Below, piece after piece: positions 9,553-20,544 of a stretch of 64,000 nt of DNA (position 1 is its first letter; every line of letters starts with the position of its first letter). A model generated the notes under the pieces. The model saw only the letters and a program-made list of their open reading frames with translations, had not been told where the DNA came from and did not search any database. The stretch is taken from positions 17,232 to 81,231 of the forward strand of contig CASEGJ010000007.1 of assembly GCA_949287425.1 (NCBI GenBank), read 5' to 3'. The DNA is from an uncultured Bacillales bacterium. Lineage in GTDB: Bacteria > Bacillota_I > Bacilli_A > RFN20 > CAG-288. The position numbers and the translations under genes were made by a program.

Positions 9553-10257
9553 TTATTCTCCTTCAAATTCTTTTTTAATATCTAGATAGGCTTGATAAGG
9601 GTCATCTGCTTTAGTAATAGAACGACCAACTACAATATAATCACAGCCTTCTAATCTAGCAAAACTTGGTGTAGCAACTCGTTTTTGATCGTTATTGGAA
9701 TTAGAAGCTAATCTAATTCCAGGGCAGACTGTTATAAAATCTTTGCCAACTTCTTCATGGATCTTTTTAGCTTCAAAAGCTGAACAAACAACCCCGACTA
9801 GTCCAGCGGATTTACCTAGTTTAGCAAAATCGATAGCGGTTTGTTGAATAGATTTATCAATACCAATTTCGTTATGAAGTATATCTTCTGAAATAGAAGT
9901 TAAGATAGTAACTCCAATAGCTAATGGAAGTTTAGAAGGATCTTTGCTACCTTCTTTTAAACCTTGGATAGCTTGTTGAATCATTTGACTTCCACCATAG
10001 ATATGAAGGTTAATCATATCTATATCTAAGCTAGCTAATGATTTAAATGCACCTTTAGCGGTATTAGGAATATCGCAGACTTTTAAATCGAGAAATATTT
10101 TATGACCTCTAGCTTTAATTTCTTTAACTATACTAGGTCCTTCTTTATAAAATAATTCCATGCCGATTTTAACGTAGATCGGCGTTTTAAATTTATCTAA
10201 GAATTCTAGAGTTTGTTGTTTGTTTTCAAAATCCAAGGCAATTATTGTTCTACTCAT
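9553..10257 (-). CDS. pyrF: Orotidine 5'-phosphate decarboxylase
   Basis: ALDF...DLKVCDIPNT signature. 234 aa. Overlaps the pyrD stop. Confidence 0.9.
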   Translation of the reverse strand: MSRTIIALDFENKQQTLEFLDKFKTPIYVKIGMELFYKEGPSIVKEIKARGHKIFLDLKVCDIPNTAKGAFKSLASLDIDMINLHIYGGSQMIQQAIQGLKEGSKDPSKLPLAIGVTILTSISEDILHNEIGIDKSIQQTAIDFAKLGKSAGLVGVVCSAFEAKKIHEEVGKDFITVCPGIRLASNSNNDQKRVATPSFARLEGCDYIVVGRSITKADDPYQAYLDIKKEFEGE

Positions 10258-11173
10258 ATTTTAACGCTCCTTTAATTATATCTTTTAATGATGTTATATT
10301 GTATTCTTTCATAACATTTTCCAGTTCGTCAACTATCTTTTTACACGCGTAAGGATCTTTTAAATTTAATGAGCCGACTTCAACTAAACTAGCTCCGGCA
10401 TAAAGCATTTCAATAACATCTTCAGCTGAACTAACTCCTCCAACACCAATAATAGGAATAGAAGTAACTTTAGCGCATTGGTAGATAACTTTTAAAGCCA
10501 TAGGGAAGATTCCAGGACCACCATAACCACCTATTTTTCTAGATAGAATAGGTTTACCAGTTCTTAAATCAATTCTCATTCCTTGATAGGAATTAGCTAA
10601 GATTAATCCATCGGCTCCAGCTTTTTCACATTCAATAGCGATTTTAGCAATATCAACTCCATTAGGAGTTAATTTCATAAATATTGGATGTTTACTAGCT
10701 TTTTTGCATTCTTTAGTAATTTGATAGGCTAAGTTAGGATCACTAGCAAGTGCCATTCCGCCATTTTCAACATTTGGGCAAGAGATGTTTATTTCATAGA
10801 TATCGATTCCATCGACCTTATTTAATATCTCGATTTCCTTAATATATTCTTCTTTAGTTTCACCAGCTATTGAACATAAATAAGGTAAATTAGGATACTT
10901 ATTTACAATAGGTGGGATTTCTTCTTGGGCTAATTTTTTAACACCAGGATTAGTTAAACCAATACAATTTAAGCATCCTAAACTAGCATCGGCAATTCTA
11001 GGAAGGGGATTTCCAAATCTAGGGTTAAATGTACATGATTTACTTACAAATCCACCTAGAGTATCTAATGGGTAAAAACTATCTAATTCCTTACCATATC
11101 CACCAGTTCCAGAAGCGTTCATTACTGGGTTTTTAAATTCGATTCCAAATAGGTTAATTTTAGTATCTAACAT
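10250..11173 (-). CDS. pyrD: Dihydroorotate dehydrogenase (class 1B) catalytic subunit
   Basis: MNASGTGGYG, catalytic ISCPNV, GGV..AEDV FMN-binding tail. Adjacent to pyrK. Confidence 0.9.
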   Translation of the reverse strand: MLDTKINLFGIEFKNPVMNASGTGGYGKELDSFYPLDTLGGFVSKSCTFNPRFGNPLPRIADASLGCLNCIGLTNPGVKKLAQEEIPPIVNKYPNLPYLCSIAGETKEEYIKEIEILNKVDGIDIYEINISCPNVENGGMALASDPNLAYQITKECKKASKHPIFMKLTPNGVDIAKIAIECEKAGADGLILANSYQGMRIDLRTGKPILSRKIGGYGGPGIFPMALKVIYQCAKVTSIPIIGVGGVSSAEDVIEMLYAGASLVEVGSLNLKDPYACKKIVDELENVMKEYNITSLKDIIKGALKYE

Positions 11174-11901
11174 TAAAAGATTACCTCCTTTGTTTTAAAA
11201 ACTGGACCAGCTTTACAAACCCCAACTGCTCCACTTCCATCGCGTTTTTTAACAGGGCAACCATTACAAATTCCATATCCGCATCCCATTCTTGCTTCTA
11301 AAGAAATATAGCCATTGTAATTTTCATCAATCTGTTTAAGCATTCCTAAAGGTCCGCAAGCGTAAACTAATTCATCTTTAACGTTAGTTTGTTTAAGTAA
11401 ATCGATAGGAGTTAAATTATCTTCTTTAAAATAAGCTATTTGTAAGTTGTTATCGAGTTTTTTAAGTTCATCAAGATAATAACTTTCATCTTTAGAATTA
11501 AAGCCCACTAAGATATTAAAAGGGATGTTGTTTTCTTTTAGTTTTTTAGCTAGTAGATAGATAGAAGCTAATCCAACTCCACCGCTAACTAAATAGACTT
11601 TTTTAGAAGTAGTAACGATAGGAAAGCCATGTCCAAGAGGACCTAAGACACTGATTTTAGTTCCTGTTTCTAATTTAGTCATAGCTTTTGTTCCTCTACC
11701 GACATGTTTATACAAGATGGTAAAGTAATTATCATTGCAATCAAAGATAGCGAAAGGTCTTCTTAAAAAGAAGTTATCTAAAGAGATTAAAACATATTGA
11801 CCAGGGTTAGCTACAATATCGAATTTACCTTCTAATTTCATTAGATAAGTATCGTTAGCTAGCTTAATATTACTAGCTATTCTAAAATCTTTTTCTAACA
11901 T
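11173..11901 (-). CDS. pyrK: Dihydroorotate dehydrogenase electron-transfer subunit
   Basis: FAD/NAD-binding fold plus C-terminal 2Fe-2S cysteine motif CGYGICNGC...C. Confidence 0.85.
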   Translation of the reverse strand: MLEKDFRIASNIKLANDTYLMKLEGKFDIVANPGQYVLISLDNFFLRRPFAIFDCNDNYFTILYKHVGRGTKAMTKLETGTKISVLGPLGHGFPIVTTSKKVYLVSGGVGLASIYLLAKKLKENNIPFNILVGFNSKDESYYLDELKKLDNNLQIAYFKEDNLTPIDLLKQTNVKDELVYACGPLGMLKQIDENYNGYISLEARMGCGYGICNGCPVKKRDGSGAVGVCKAGPVFKTKEVIF

Positions 11902-11902
11902 A

Positions 11903-14900
11903 TTAATCCTCCTTTAATGGACTTATTGAATATGATTTTTCTTCTAAGACATCTAAAAGGGCGTTAACTGTATCTAAGCAAGTCATACAGAAAATACCAT
12001 TTTCCCAGGCGACTCTTCTAATTAAGAAACCATCTTTAGAAGAAGTGTCATCTTCAAAAAATTGAGTGTTAACTACGTAAGTTACTTTCTTAGTTCTAAT
12101 TAATTCTAAGACATCGACATTGTTAGAAGAAGTATCAGATACTTTTCTAGCATCAGATACTATTAAACCATTTTCTTTTAGGAATTTTGCTGTTCCTTTA
12201 GTAGCGTAAATTCCATATCCAATATTGAAAAATCTCTTGGCGATTTCCAAAACTTCGCTTTTATCTTTATCAGCGACAGTAATTAAGACATTGCTAGAAA
12301 GAGGTAAGCTAACACCAGTTCCTAAAAAGGCTTTAGCCATAGCTTTATTCAAACTAGTATCGACACCTAAAGATTCACCAGTAGATTTCATTTCAGGACC
12401 TAAAGTAGTATCGACACTTCTAATTTTAGAAAAGGAGAAAGAAGGATGTTTGACAAAATATTTATCTTTAATTTCTTCTTTTAGACCAGATTTATAACCT
12501 TGCTTAGCTAAGCTATTTCCTAAGATAGCTAAAGTTGCTATCTTACACATTCTAGTATTAGTAGCTTTTGATAGATAAGGGATAGTTCTACTTGAACGAG
12601 GATTAACTTCGATAACATAGACCTTATCAGTATCTTTTTCAACGTCAAATTGAATGTTAAATAGACCTATTAATCTAAATTCACGGCCGATTTTAATAGT
12701 ATAGTTAACTATCGTATCTTTAACTTTTTGAGAAAGTCCACTAGGTGGATAGATGCTAGTTGAATCGCCTGAATGGACACCGGCTTTTTCAACTTGCGAC
12801 ATAATTCCAGGAATATAGACATCTTTTCCATCGCTAATAGCATCGATTTCCACTTCTTTTCCCAAGATATATTTATCGATTAATACTGGGGAATTATGGG
12901 AGATTTCTTTAATAGCGGTCTGCATATATAATTCTAATTCTTCATTGTTAGAAACTATTTGCATAGCTCTTCCACCTAAGACGTAAGATGGTCTAATTAC
13001 GCAAGGGAAACCTATTTTGTTAGCTATTTGTCTAGCCTGGTCATAAGTGAAAGCTGAAGCGCCTTTTGGAGTAGGAATTTCAATCTTTTCCATGAGTTTT
13101 TCAAACCTATCTCTATTAGAGGCATCATCGATTGCATCTAGATCGCTTCCTAAGATTTTAACGCCTCTTTTAACTAATTCATCAGCTAAATTAATAGCGG
13201 TTTGTCCGCCAAATTGAACGATGACACCAAGAGGTTTTTCTAATTCGACTACGTGCATGACATCTTCAATAGTAAGTGGTTCAAAATACAATTTATCTGA
13301 AATAGCAAAATCAGTTGAAACAGTTTCCGGGTTGTTATTAATTACTATAGCTTTATATTTTGCTTCTTTTAATGTCAAAATACAATGGACAGTAGCATAG
13401 TCAAATTCAACACCTTGACCTATTCTAATTGGTCCTGAACCTAAAACGATGATGCTTTTTTCATTAAATGGTTTAGATTCGTTTTCTACTTGATAAGTTG
13501 AATAATAATACGGGGTTTTTGATTCAAATTCACCAGAACAAGTATCGACCATTTTATAAACTGGAACAATTTTATTATCTTTCCTATATTTTTCAATTTT
13601 CAATTGATCGATATTTAATTTTCTAGCTAAATATGAATCAGAAAGACCGTATTTTTTCCAAATTTTTAAATTAGTTGGATTTAAATTATCTTTGTTAACT
13701 TGATTTTGCAATTTAACGATATGTTCAATCTTTTGCAAGAAGAAAATATCTATCATGGTTAGTTCGTGAATGTGTTTAATATCGATTCCGCGTTTAATTA
13801 ATTCAGCGATAGCAAACATTTGCTGATAATCTTTATCAGTTAGATATTTTTCTAATTCAGGAATAGTTAAATTTTTAACTTCATCTAATTCTAAAGAATC
13901 GACTTTATTTTCTAAAGAACGAACAGCTTTTAAGAAAGCTTCTTCAAAGTTAGTTCCTATTGCCATAACTTCACCAGTCGCTTTCATTTGAGTAGTCAAT
14001 CTTCTATCTGCAAGAGGGAATTTATCAAATGGGAAACGAGGATATTTAATAACTACATAATCGATAGAAGGTTCAAAACAAGAATAAGAAACTTTAGTAA
14101 TAGGATTAATAATTTCATCTAAAGTTAATCCGACAGCTAATTTAGCAGAAATTTCAGCAATTGGATAACCAGTCGCTTTACTAGCTAATGCAGATGAACG
14201 GGAAACTCTCGGATTTACTTCAATAATATAATATTTAAATGATTTAGGATCTAAAGCGAACTGAACGTTACATCCACCGCAGATTTTTAAAGCTCTAATT
14301 ATTTTTAAAGAGACGTCTCTAAGCATTTGATTTTCTCTATCAGTTAGAGTTTGAAGTGGAGCAACGACTATTGAATCACCAGTATGAATACCGACAGGAT
14401 CGACATTTTCCATTCCACAAACAACAATGGCGTTATCTTTATTATCGCGCATTACTTCATATTCGATTTCTTTATATCCTGATAGGGATTTTTCAACTAA
14501 GCATTTATGAATTGGGGAAACTGAAATTCCAGATTTAGCAATTTCAGTTAATTCCTGATCGTTTTTAGCAAAACCACCACCAGTACCACCTAGAGTATAA
14601 AAAGGTCTAACAACAACAGGGTAACCTATTTTATTGGCGGCAGAAATAGCTTCTTGAATGGTTTCAATTTCAAAAGATTCCGCCATTGGCTCGTCTATTT
14701 TATTCATGAGTTCTTTAAACAATTCACGATCACTAGCCTTATTTATCGCTTCTAATGAAGTTCCTAAAATCTCGACGTTAAATTGTTTTAAAATTCCAGA
14801 TTTAGCAAGTTCAACAGTTAAATTTAAACCAGTTTGACCACCTAAGGTTCCTAAAATGGCATCGGGTCTTTCTTTATAGATTACTCTTTTAGCCGCTTCT

Positions 14901-15112
14901 AAAGTCAATGGTTCAAGATAGACTTTATCAGCAATTAAAGTATCAGTCATGATAGTAGCAGGGTTAGAATTAATTAAAACGACTTGATAACCTTCATTTT
15001 TTAAAGCTAAACAAGCTTGAGTACCAGAATAATCAAATTCAGCAGCTTGACCGATAACTATTGGACCAGAGCCAATAACCATTATTTTCTTAATGTCAGT
15101 TCTTTTTGCCAT
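11903..15112 (-). CDS. carB: Carbamoyl-phosphate synthase large subunit
   Basis: 1069 aa. Duplicated ATP-grasp halves ([23 protein letters not shown] / [18 protein letters not shown]) and an MGS-like C-terminus. Confidence 0.95.
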   Translation of the reverse strand: MAKRTDIKKIMVIGSGPIVIGQAAEFDYSGTQACLALKNEGYQVVLINSNPATIMTDTLIADKVYLEPLTLEAAKRVIYKERPDAILGTLGGQTGLNLTVELAKSGILKQFNVEILGTSLEAINKASDRELFKELMNKIDEPMAESFEIETIQEAISAANKIGYPVVVRPFYTLGGTGGGFAKNDQELTEIAKSGISVSPIHKCLVEKSLSGYKEIEYEVMRDNKDNAIVVCGMENVDPVGIHTGDSIVVAPLQTLTDRENQMLRDVSLKIIRALKICGGCNVQFALDPKSFKYYIIEVNPRVSRSSALASKATGYPIAEISAKLAVGLTLDEIINPITKVSYSCFEPSIDYVVIKYPRFPFDKFPLADRRLTTQMKATGEVMAIGTNFEEAFLKAVRSLENKVDSLELDEVKNLTIPELEKYLTDKDYQQMFAIAELIKRGIDIKHIHELTMIDIFFLQKIEHIVKLQNQVNKDNLNPTNLKIWKKYGLSDSYLARKLNIDQLKIEKYRKDNKIVPVYKMVDTCSGEFESKTPYYYSTYQVENESKPFNEKSIIVLGSGPIRIGQGVEFDYATVHCILTLKEAKYKAIVINNNPETVSTDFAISDKLYFEPLTIEDVMHVVELEKPLGVIVQFGGQTAINLADELVKRGVKILGSDLDAIDDASNRDRFEKLMEKIEIPTPKGASAFTYDQARQIANKIGFPCVIRPSYVLGGRAMQIVSNNEELELYMQTAIKEISHNSPVLIDKYILGKEVEIDAISDGKDVYIPGIMSQVEKAGVHSGDSTSIYPPSGLSQKVKDTIVNYTIKIGREFRLIGLFNIQFDVEKDTDKVYVIEVNPRSSRTIPYLSKATNTRMCKIATLAILGNSLAKQGYKSGLKEEIKDKYFVKHPSFSFSKIRSVDTTLGPEMKSTGESLGVDTSLNKAMAKAFLGTGVSLPLSSNVLITVADKDKSEVLEIAKRFFNIGYGIYATKGTAKFLKENGLIVSDARKVSDTSSNNVDVLELIRTKKVTYVVNTQFFEDDTSSKDGFLIRRVAWENGIFCMTCLDTVNALLDVLEEKSYSISPLKED

Positions 15113-15115
15113 ATT

Positions 15116-16198
15116 TTAATATCTCTCCTTATTATCAATCATTTTCATAAATTTCTCCCACAAGATATTAGCGTCGTGAGGCCCAGCCGCCGCTTCTGGA
15201 TGGAATTGAACGGAGAAAACAGGGTATTTTTTAGATTTGACACCTTCGATAGTCTTGTCATTTAAATTTATAAAACTAACTTCTAAATCAGTATCTTTTA
15301 ACGAAGATTCATTAACAGCGTAAGAGTGGTTTTGAGAAGTGATTAAAGTTCTTCCAGTTTCTAAATCGACAACTGGTTGATTAGCACCACGATGGCCAAA
15401 TTTCATCTTATAAGTATCAGCCTTACTAGCTAAACAGATTAATTGATGACCTAGACAAATTCCAAAGATAGGAATATCTGTTTCAATTAATTTTGCAATA
15501 TTATCAATAGCTTCTTTATTATCTTTAGGATCACCTGGTCCATTAGAAATTAAAATTCCATCAGGAGAATAAGAGAGAATTTCTTCATAAGAAGTATTAC
15601 CTGGAACGACAATTAATGAACAGCCTCTTTTAACTAAAGATTGAACGATATTTAATTTACAGCCAAAATCCATAACGACGACTCTTTTACCTAAAGAAGG
15701 AATTTCATAGGTCCTTTTTGTCATTACTTGTAAGGTGTGGTCGTGTCTATAGGAGGAATTTTTTATAATTTCAAAGCCATGTTGAATATCCTCTTTATTA
15801 TCGACAAAAATTGCCTTCATAGAACCATGTTCTCTAATTTTTAAAACTAGCATTCTAGTATCGATATTTTTTAATCCCGGAATATCATTTCTTTTTAAGA
15901 ATTCATCAAGACTTAGTTGCGAACGGAAATTAGAAGGATAATCTTCTAAATTGTTGCAAATTACACCATCCATATATGGTTTAATAGCTTCAAAATCATC
16001 TCTATTAATCCCGTAATTTCCAATCATAGGATTAGTAAAAACAACCATTTGATTGAAATAAGATGGATCGGAAATAACTTCTTGGTAACCAGTTAAACCT
16101 GTATTAAATACAATTTCAGAAATTTCTTTTTTAACTTTTCCACCAAAGCTTTCACCTTCAAAAATGGATCCATCTTCTAAAAGTAGATATCTAGTCAT
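15116..16198 (-). CDS. carA: Carbamoyl-phosphate synthase small (glutaminase) subunit
   Basis: GATase class I triad context GICLGHQL and FHPEA. 360 aa. Confidence 0.95.
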   Translation of the reverse strand: MTRYLLLEDGSIFEGESFGGKVKKEISEIVFNTGLTGYQEVISDPSYFNQMVVFTNPMIGNYGINRDDFEAIKPYMDGVICNNLEDYPSNFRSQLSLDEFLKRNDIPGLKNIDTRMLVLKIREHGSMKAIFVDNKEDIQHGFEIIKNSSYRHDHTLQVMTKRTYEIPSLGKRVVVMDFGCKLNIVQSLVKRGCSLIVVPGNTSYEEILSYSPDGILISNGPGDPKDNKEAIDNIAKLIETDIPIFGICLGHQLICLASKADTYKMKFGHRGANQPVVDLETGRTLITSQNHSYAVNESSLKDTDLEVSFINLNDKTIEGVKSKKYPVFSVQFHPEAAAGPHDANILWEKFMKMIDNKERY

Positions 16199-17483
16199 CT
16201 ATTTCCTCCTTATAAATTAAATTGCCATTGACGTAAGTTTGTAAAATCTTTCCGTAAACTAGTTTATTTTCATATGGTGTATTTTTACCTTTTGAAACGA
16301 ATTTCGAACTGTCTATCTTATATTGTTTATCTAAATTAACTACAGTAAAATCCGCATAATTTCCTATCTTTAATTCACCTTGTTTATCTAATTTAAACCT
16401 TTTAGCAGGACATATAGTCATAAGTTCAATTAATCTATTTAGACTAACTAAATTAGATTTAACTAAATCGGTATATAAAACAGGAAAGGAAGTTTCTAAG
16501 GAAGTGATTCCGAAAGCCGATTCAACTAAGCCTTTAGATTTATCTTGTAAAGAATGAGGGGCGTGATCTGAAGCTATCATAGTGATAGTTCCATCATTTA
16601 TCGCCTCAATCAAAGCCAATCTATCTTCTTTAGTTTTTAAAGGTGGAGTCATTTTAAAATTGGCGTTAATTACATCATCGCAGACTAAAGTTAGATGATG
16701 GCAAGTTGCTTCAGAAGAAATATCGACTCCTTCTTTAATAGCTTGTTTAATTAAATCGATAGATTGTTTACATGAAACATGGCAGATATGGATGTGGGCT
16801 TTATATTGTTTAGCGTATTTTATATATCTAGCCACTTCAATAGCTTCTGCTAAATTAGACATTCCTCCATGAATTCCAAGTTTTTCAGCTTGCAGGCAAG
16901 TTAGCATAGTTCTTTTAGAAGATTCTAAGTTTCTATCTTCGCAGTGGAAAGCTAAGATGACATCTTCTTTGTTAGATAGTTCCATAGCTTTTTTAATTAC
17001 TGGAAGAGTACGTGGACCATATCCACCATCATCGGTAAATATATCTATACCTAACTTTTTAATATTAGGGATATCAACAACTGTTTCGCCAGCTTGTTTA
17101 TAAGTTAAACAGGCATAAGGATGAAGTTTAACTTTGCCTTTTTTATTTAAATATGCCTGGTATTTTTTAATTGATTCAACCTCATCTGGAAAAGGAATGA
17201 CATTTGACATAGGAAAGATAGTAGTAAATCCGCCTCTAGCGGCTGCTAGACTACCAGTTTCAACAGTCTCTTTATATTCTAAACCAGGATCGCGAAGATG
17301 AACGTGAGCGTCAATTAAGCCTGGTAAAACTACATTGTTATTTAAATCTATTGTTTTATAGTCTCCATTTATTTTAATATTGTCAGCTATATTTTTAATA
17401 TATTCATCTTCAATTAATATTTCTTTTTTAACTAAACTAGAATTTTTATCTACAATTCTTAAATTTTTAAATAAAGTCAACAT
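16191..17483 (-). CDS. pyrC: Dihydroorotase
   Basis: Metal ligands DAHVHLRDPG and SDHAPH. ATG 17483 (MLTLFKNLRIVD) is preceded by GGAG and lies 1 nt after the pyrB stop. The ORF-track upstream start at 17528 would overlap pyrB by 44 nt. Confidence 0.9.
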   Translation of the reverse strand: MLTLFKNLRIVDKNSSLVKKEILIEDEYIKNIADNIKINGDYKTIDLNNNVVLPGLIDAHVHLRDPGLEYKETVETGSLAAARGGFTTIFPMSNVIPFPDEVESIKKYQAYLNKKGKVKLHPYACLTYKQAGETVVDIPNIKKLGIDIFTDDGGYGPRTLPVIKKAMELSNKEDVILAFHCEDRNLESSKRTMLTCLQAEKLGIHGGMSNLAEAIEVARYIKYAKQYKAHIHICHVSCKQSIDLIKQAIKEGVDISSEATCHHLTLVCDDVINANFKMTPPLKTKEDRLALIEAINDGTITMIASDHAPHSLQDKSKGLVESAFGITSLETSFPVLYTDLVKSNLVSLNRLIELMTICPAKRFKLDKQGELKIGNYADFTVVNLDKQYKIDSSKFVSKGKNTPYENKLVYGKILQTYVNGNLIYKEEIDD

Positions 17484-17484
17484 A

Positions 17485-18399
17485 TTAAAAACTCCAATCT
17501 GAATTTTTTTCACTGAAAGGTTTTTCATTAAAAGCGCGTTTAATAATAGCTTTTCTAACTAAAACCCCATTGGTCATTTGTCTAAATATTTTAGATTTAC
17601 TAGCTTCGACTAAATCAGAATCAATTTCTAGTCCGCGGTTAACAGGAGCTGGATGCATGATGATGGAATTTTCTTTCATCATTTCATATCTTTGTTTAGT
17701 CAATCCGAATTTTTGATGATATTCTTCTTTAGAAATATGCATCGGACCTTCTAATCTTTCAAATTGAATTCTTAATAGCATGACGACATCTGAAGATTTA
17801 ATCGCTTCATCGATATTAGTAAAAGGGAAACCTTCTCTTTTAAACTCTTCTGGTCCAGAGAAAGTAACATCAGCTCCAAACATCTTTAATGCTTGATAAT
17901 CGGAATTAGCAACTCGAGAATGGGCAATATCACCTATAATAGCGACTTTTAACCCTTTAATACGATGAAAGTGTTCTAAGATAGTATATAAGTCTAATAA
18001 ACATTGACTAGGATGATTTCCACATCCATCCCCGGCATTAATTATAGGAATATTAATATTAGTAAGTTGCTTAAAATATTCATCTTGTTTATTTCTAATA
18101 ACAAGAGCTTTATAACCGATGGCTTCAAACGTCTTACAAGTATCATATAAAGATTCGCCTTTAGTTAAAGAGGAGAATTCAGGATACATATCTTCAACTT
18201 TTAAACCGAGTTGAAGTTCAGCTGATGCGAAAGAATAGTGAGTGCGTGTTGAATTTTCAAAAAAAAGATTGGCGATAGGACCATTAGTCGATAAATGCCA
18301 ATCTTTATAGAGATTTGAAAAACAATACGCATCATTTAGTAAATCAATGATTTCTTCTCGTCTTAAAGAATCGATAGTTAGTAAGCTATTTGGATGCAT
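17485..18399 (-). CDS. pyrB: Aspartate carbamoyltransferase catalytic subunit
   Basis: ENSTRTHYSF, HPSQCLLD and HPAPVNRG motifs. ATG 18399 is preceded by AAGGAG; the ORF-track TTG at 18429 is less likely. Confidence 0.9.
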   Translation of the reverse strand: MHPNSLLTIDSLRREEIIDLLNDAYCFSNLYKDWHLSTNGPIANLFFENSTRTHYSFASAELQLGLKVEDMYPEFSSLTKGESLYDTCKTFEAIGYKALVIRNKQDEYFKQLTNINIPIINAGDGCGNHPSQCLLDLYTILEHFHRIKGLKVAIIGDIAHSRVANSDYQALKMFGADVTFSGPEEFKREGFPFTNIDEAIKSSDVVMLLRIQFERLEGPMHISKEEYHQKFGLTKQRYEMMKENSIIMHPAPVNRGLEIDSDLVEASKSKIFRQMTNGVLVRKAIIKRAFNEKPFSEKNSDWSF

Positions 18400-18492
18400 A
18401 TTATCTCCTTTTGATTTAGTTTTTTCCAATAAAAAATACTATCACATTTTGAATAGATAATAAAGAAGAAATTTTGTATAGAAAGCGGTTTA

Positions 18493-19278
18493 TTAATCTT
18501 CGAGTTTTATCTTTTTTGATTTAATTTGAAAATATCTAACTATCGTTATTATTAAAATAAATATTAAAGGTAAGATTAACAATAAGTTAGCTAAGATACT
18601 TTCAAAATAATTAGCATCTATTTTAAAGTAATTAGCTTTGTTTAAAAAATAAAAATAACAAAAATAAGAAATTATACCTAAGCCGAAACTAAGAATTATA
18701 AAAATATATTCAAAACCATATATTCTTTCTTCGTTTTTATCTTTATCTTTTTTAATATAGGAAACAAAAAAGGAATGAACCATTCTATCAAGATTAGCTG
18801 TCATCATCGTTGAAGTAAAATTGTGGGAATTTATCTTTTTAAAACTTTCTAATAACATAGCTCCTATTAAAGAAAGAAGGATATCGCTAATTATGTTGTA
18901 GATTGAAAGTGAATTAGCTTCTAAAATGTTGTCATTTTGAATAAATTCAGTAGGGATAAATATATTTATTAAAATTAAGACTTCAATTAATATCAATTCA
19001 ATAACGTGGAAATCTTTTTCTTTTTTAGAATATTTATATTCGATAAAATTGGAAAAAAACAAACCTAAAATAAAACTTACAATTGTTAGTAAATAAACTA
19101 AAGCTTCATAAAAATTAGAACTGATTAAGCTAGTGAAAGTATAGATTAAATTTCCAGTTTGCATTAAAGCGAATCTACCTTTGCATACTAAAGAATATAT
19201 TTCTAAAAATCCTCCGCAGAAAGAAAGGAGTAAAGCTAATATTAAAACGGTTAGTTTTTTATCGTATTTTTTAATCAT
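18493..19278 (-). CDS. YoaK/DUF1275-like integral membrane protein
   Basis: 261 aa, polytopic. N-terminal CGGFLEIYS...FALMQTGNL resembles the DUF1275 signature as recalled from memory. Confidence 0.45.
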   Translation of the reverse strand: MIKKYDKKLTVLILALLLSFCGGFLEIYSLVCKGRFALMQTGNLIYTFTSLISSNFYEALVYLLTIVSFILGLFFSNFIEYKYSKKEKDFHVIELILIEVLILINIFIPTEFIQNDNILEANSLSIYNIISDILLSLIGAMLLESFKKINSHNFTSTMMTANLDRMVHSFFVSYIKKDKDKNEERIYGFEYIFIILSFGLGIISYFCYFYFLNKANYFKIDANYFESILANLLLILPLIFILIITIVRYFQIKSKKIKLED

Positions 19279-19335
19279 ACTTTAAAATTATAGCTTAAAA
19301 GGGTAATTAGGTTAATATGGTAGTGAAAAAATCAG

Positions 19336-19364
19336 TTGTCTTTATTTTTGAAATATAGTAAAAT
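19336..19364 (+). promoter_or_regulatory. Putative sigma-A promoter of rplS
   Basis: TTGTCT (19336-19341), 17-nt spacer, TAAAAT (19359-19364). Confidence 0.45.
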
Positions 19365-19368
19365 TATC

Positions 19369-19452
19369 AAGGTCTTTTATGACCTTTGCTGTTCCGCTAG
19401 AAAAGTCACATCTATGAACACTAAGTAAAAACGTAAAAAAGGAGGATGAAAG
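19369..19452 (+). promoter_or_regulatory. rplS 5' leader with 5'-proximal hairpin (possible L19 autoregulatory leader)
   Basis: About 80-nt untranslated leader. Hairpin AAGGTC-ttttat-GACCTT at 19369-19386. L19 leaders are known upstream of rplS in Bacilli, but I cannot verify a covariance-model match by eye. Confidence 0.3.
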
Positions 19453-19800
19453 ATGAATAAAAATCTAGTTAAAGAGATTGAGAAGTCTCAAATTAGAAGC
19501 GATCTTCCTGACTTTGCTACTGGTGATACTTTAAGAGTCTCTGTGCGTATCATCGAAAATGGTAAAGAGAGAATTCAGGCTTTCGAAGGCGTTTGTATCG
19601 CTATTCGTGGTTCTGGTGTTTCTAAAACCTTTATCGTTAGAAAACATTCTGGCGGTATCGGTGTTGAAAGAAATTTCCCTCTTAATTCGCCTTTAATTGC
19701 TTCAATTAAAGTCTTAAGACACGCTAAAGTCAGAAGAAAGAAGATTTTCTTCTTACGTAACAGATCAGGTAAATCTGCCCGTCTTGTTGAAAAGCTCTAA
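19453..19800 (+). CDS. rplS: 50S ribosomal protein L19
   Basis: 115 aa. Strong AGGAGG SD. Typical L19 sequence (GDTLRVSVRIIENGKERIQAFEGVCIA). Confidence 0.95.
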   Translation: MNKNLVKEIEKSQIRSDLPDFATGDTLRVSVRIIENGKERIQAFEGVCIAIRGSGVSKTFIVRKHSGGIGVERNFPLNSPLIASIKVLRHAKVRRKKIFFLRNRSGKSARLVEKL

Positions 19801-19811
19801 TTTAAAAAATC

Positions 19812-19845
19812 GCTGTATCTTGAAATTTATAGATACAGCTTTTTT
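19812..19845 (+). terminator. Rho-independent terminator after rplS
   Basis: GCTGTATCT-tgaaatttat-AGATACAGC followed by TTTTTT. Confidence 0.8.
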
Positions 19846-19864
19846 CATGCTATAATTTTTTAGT

Positions 19865-20542
19865 ATGAATAAGAAAAATATATACCTTTTAATTGTATAT
19901 TCTACTTTGCTAGCTATCTTAGCTATCTCTTCTTATTTTGCTATTAGTTATGTAACTAAATGGAATTTTTATACTGGGATTATCGTTACTATTATTTATA
20001 TAATCGCTATTTTTTATTTGTTGTGGCATGTTTATAAAGCTAGTTATGATATCTTTTTTGAAAAAAAGCAAAAGAGAGAATATGTTTTAGGTGAATATGA
20101 TTTAAATGAAAAAAACGCCAACTTAAATCACCTTAAAAGCTATTTTGAATATAACAAATATAAATCTATCAAAGTTGAAGAAACTAATTTAAAAGGGGAT
20201 TTATATACTAAGAAGAACAGGACAAGTATCTTAGTAACAACTAGTGAAAATATTAAAGATAAAGACTATTTTAATAACGATGTTACTAATTGTTTAAAAA
20301 ATGAAGCTTCTAGTTTAGATGGATTAATTGTCATTGTTTATATTCCAAATAAGTTAGATAAAATTACTTCTAGTCTGCATTTATTAAATAATCCATATAA
20401 TATTTCTTCTTTAAAAATTTATGTGGTTGTTTCAAATAAGATGGATAAATTATATATAGGCTTACATAAATCCTGTTTAGATAACAATTATGTAGAATCT
20501 TGTTTACAGTTATTAAAAGAAATATATTCAATCGAGGGGTGA
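19865..20542 (+). CDS. Hypothetical membrane-anchored protein
   Basis: 225 aa. Two N-terminal TM helices, no recognisable motif. Ends with TGA at 20540. Confidence 0.45.
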   Translation: MNKKNIYLLIVYSTLLAILAISSYFAISYVTKWNFYTGIIVTIIYIIAIFYLLWHVYKASYDIFFEKKQKREYVLGEYDLNEKNANLNHLKSYFEYNKYKSIKVEETNLKGDLYTKKNRTSILVTTSENIKDKDYFNNDVTNCLKNEASSLDGLIVIVYIPNKLDKITSSLHLLNNPYNISSLKIYVVVSNKMDKLYIGLHKSCLDNNYVESCLQLLKEIYSIEG

Positions 20543-20544
20543 TT

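Noticed and set aside
9010-15265. ORF-track entries antisense to pyr genes (9010..9210, 12225..12497, 14356..14538, 15017..15265)
   Set aside because: They lie entirely inside, and opposite to, strongly supported pyrE/carB/carA coding sequence. They are low-complexity translations with no SD.
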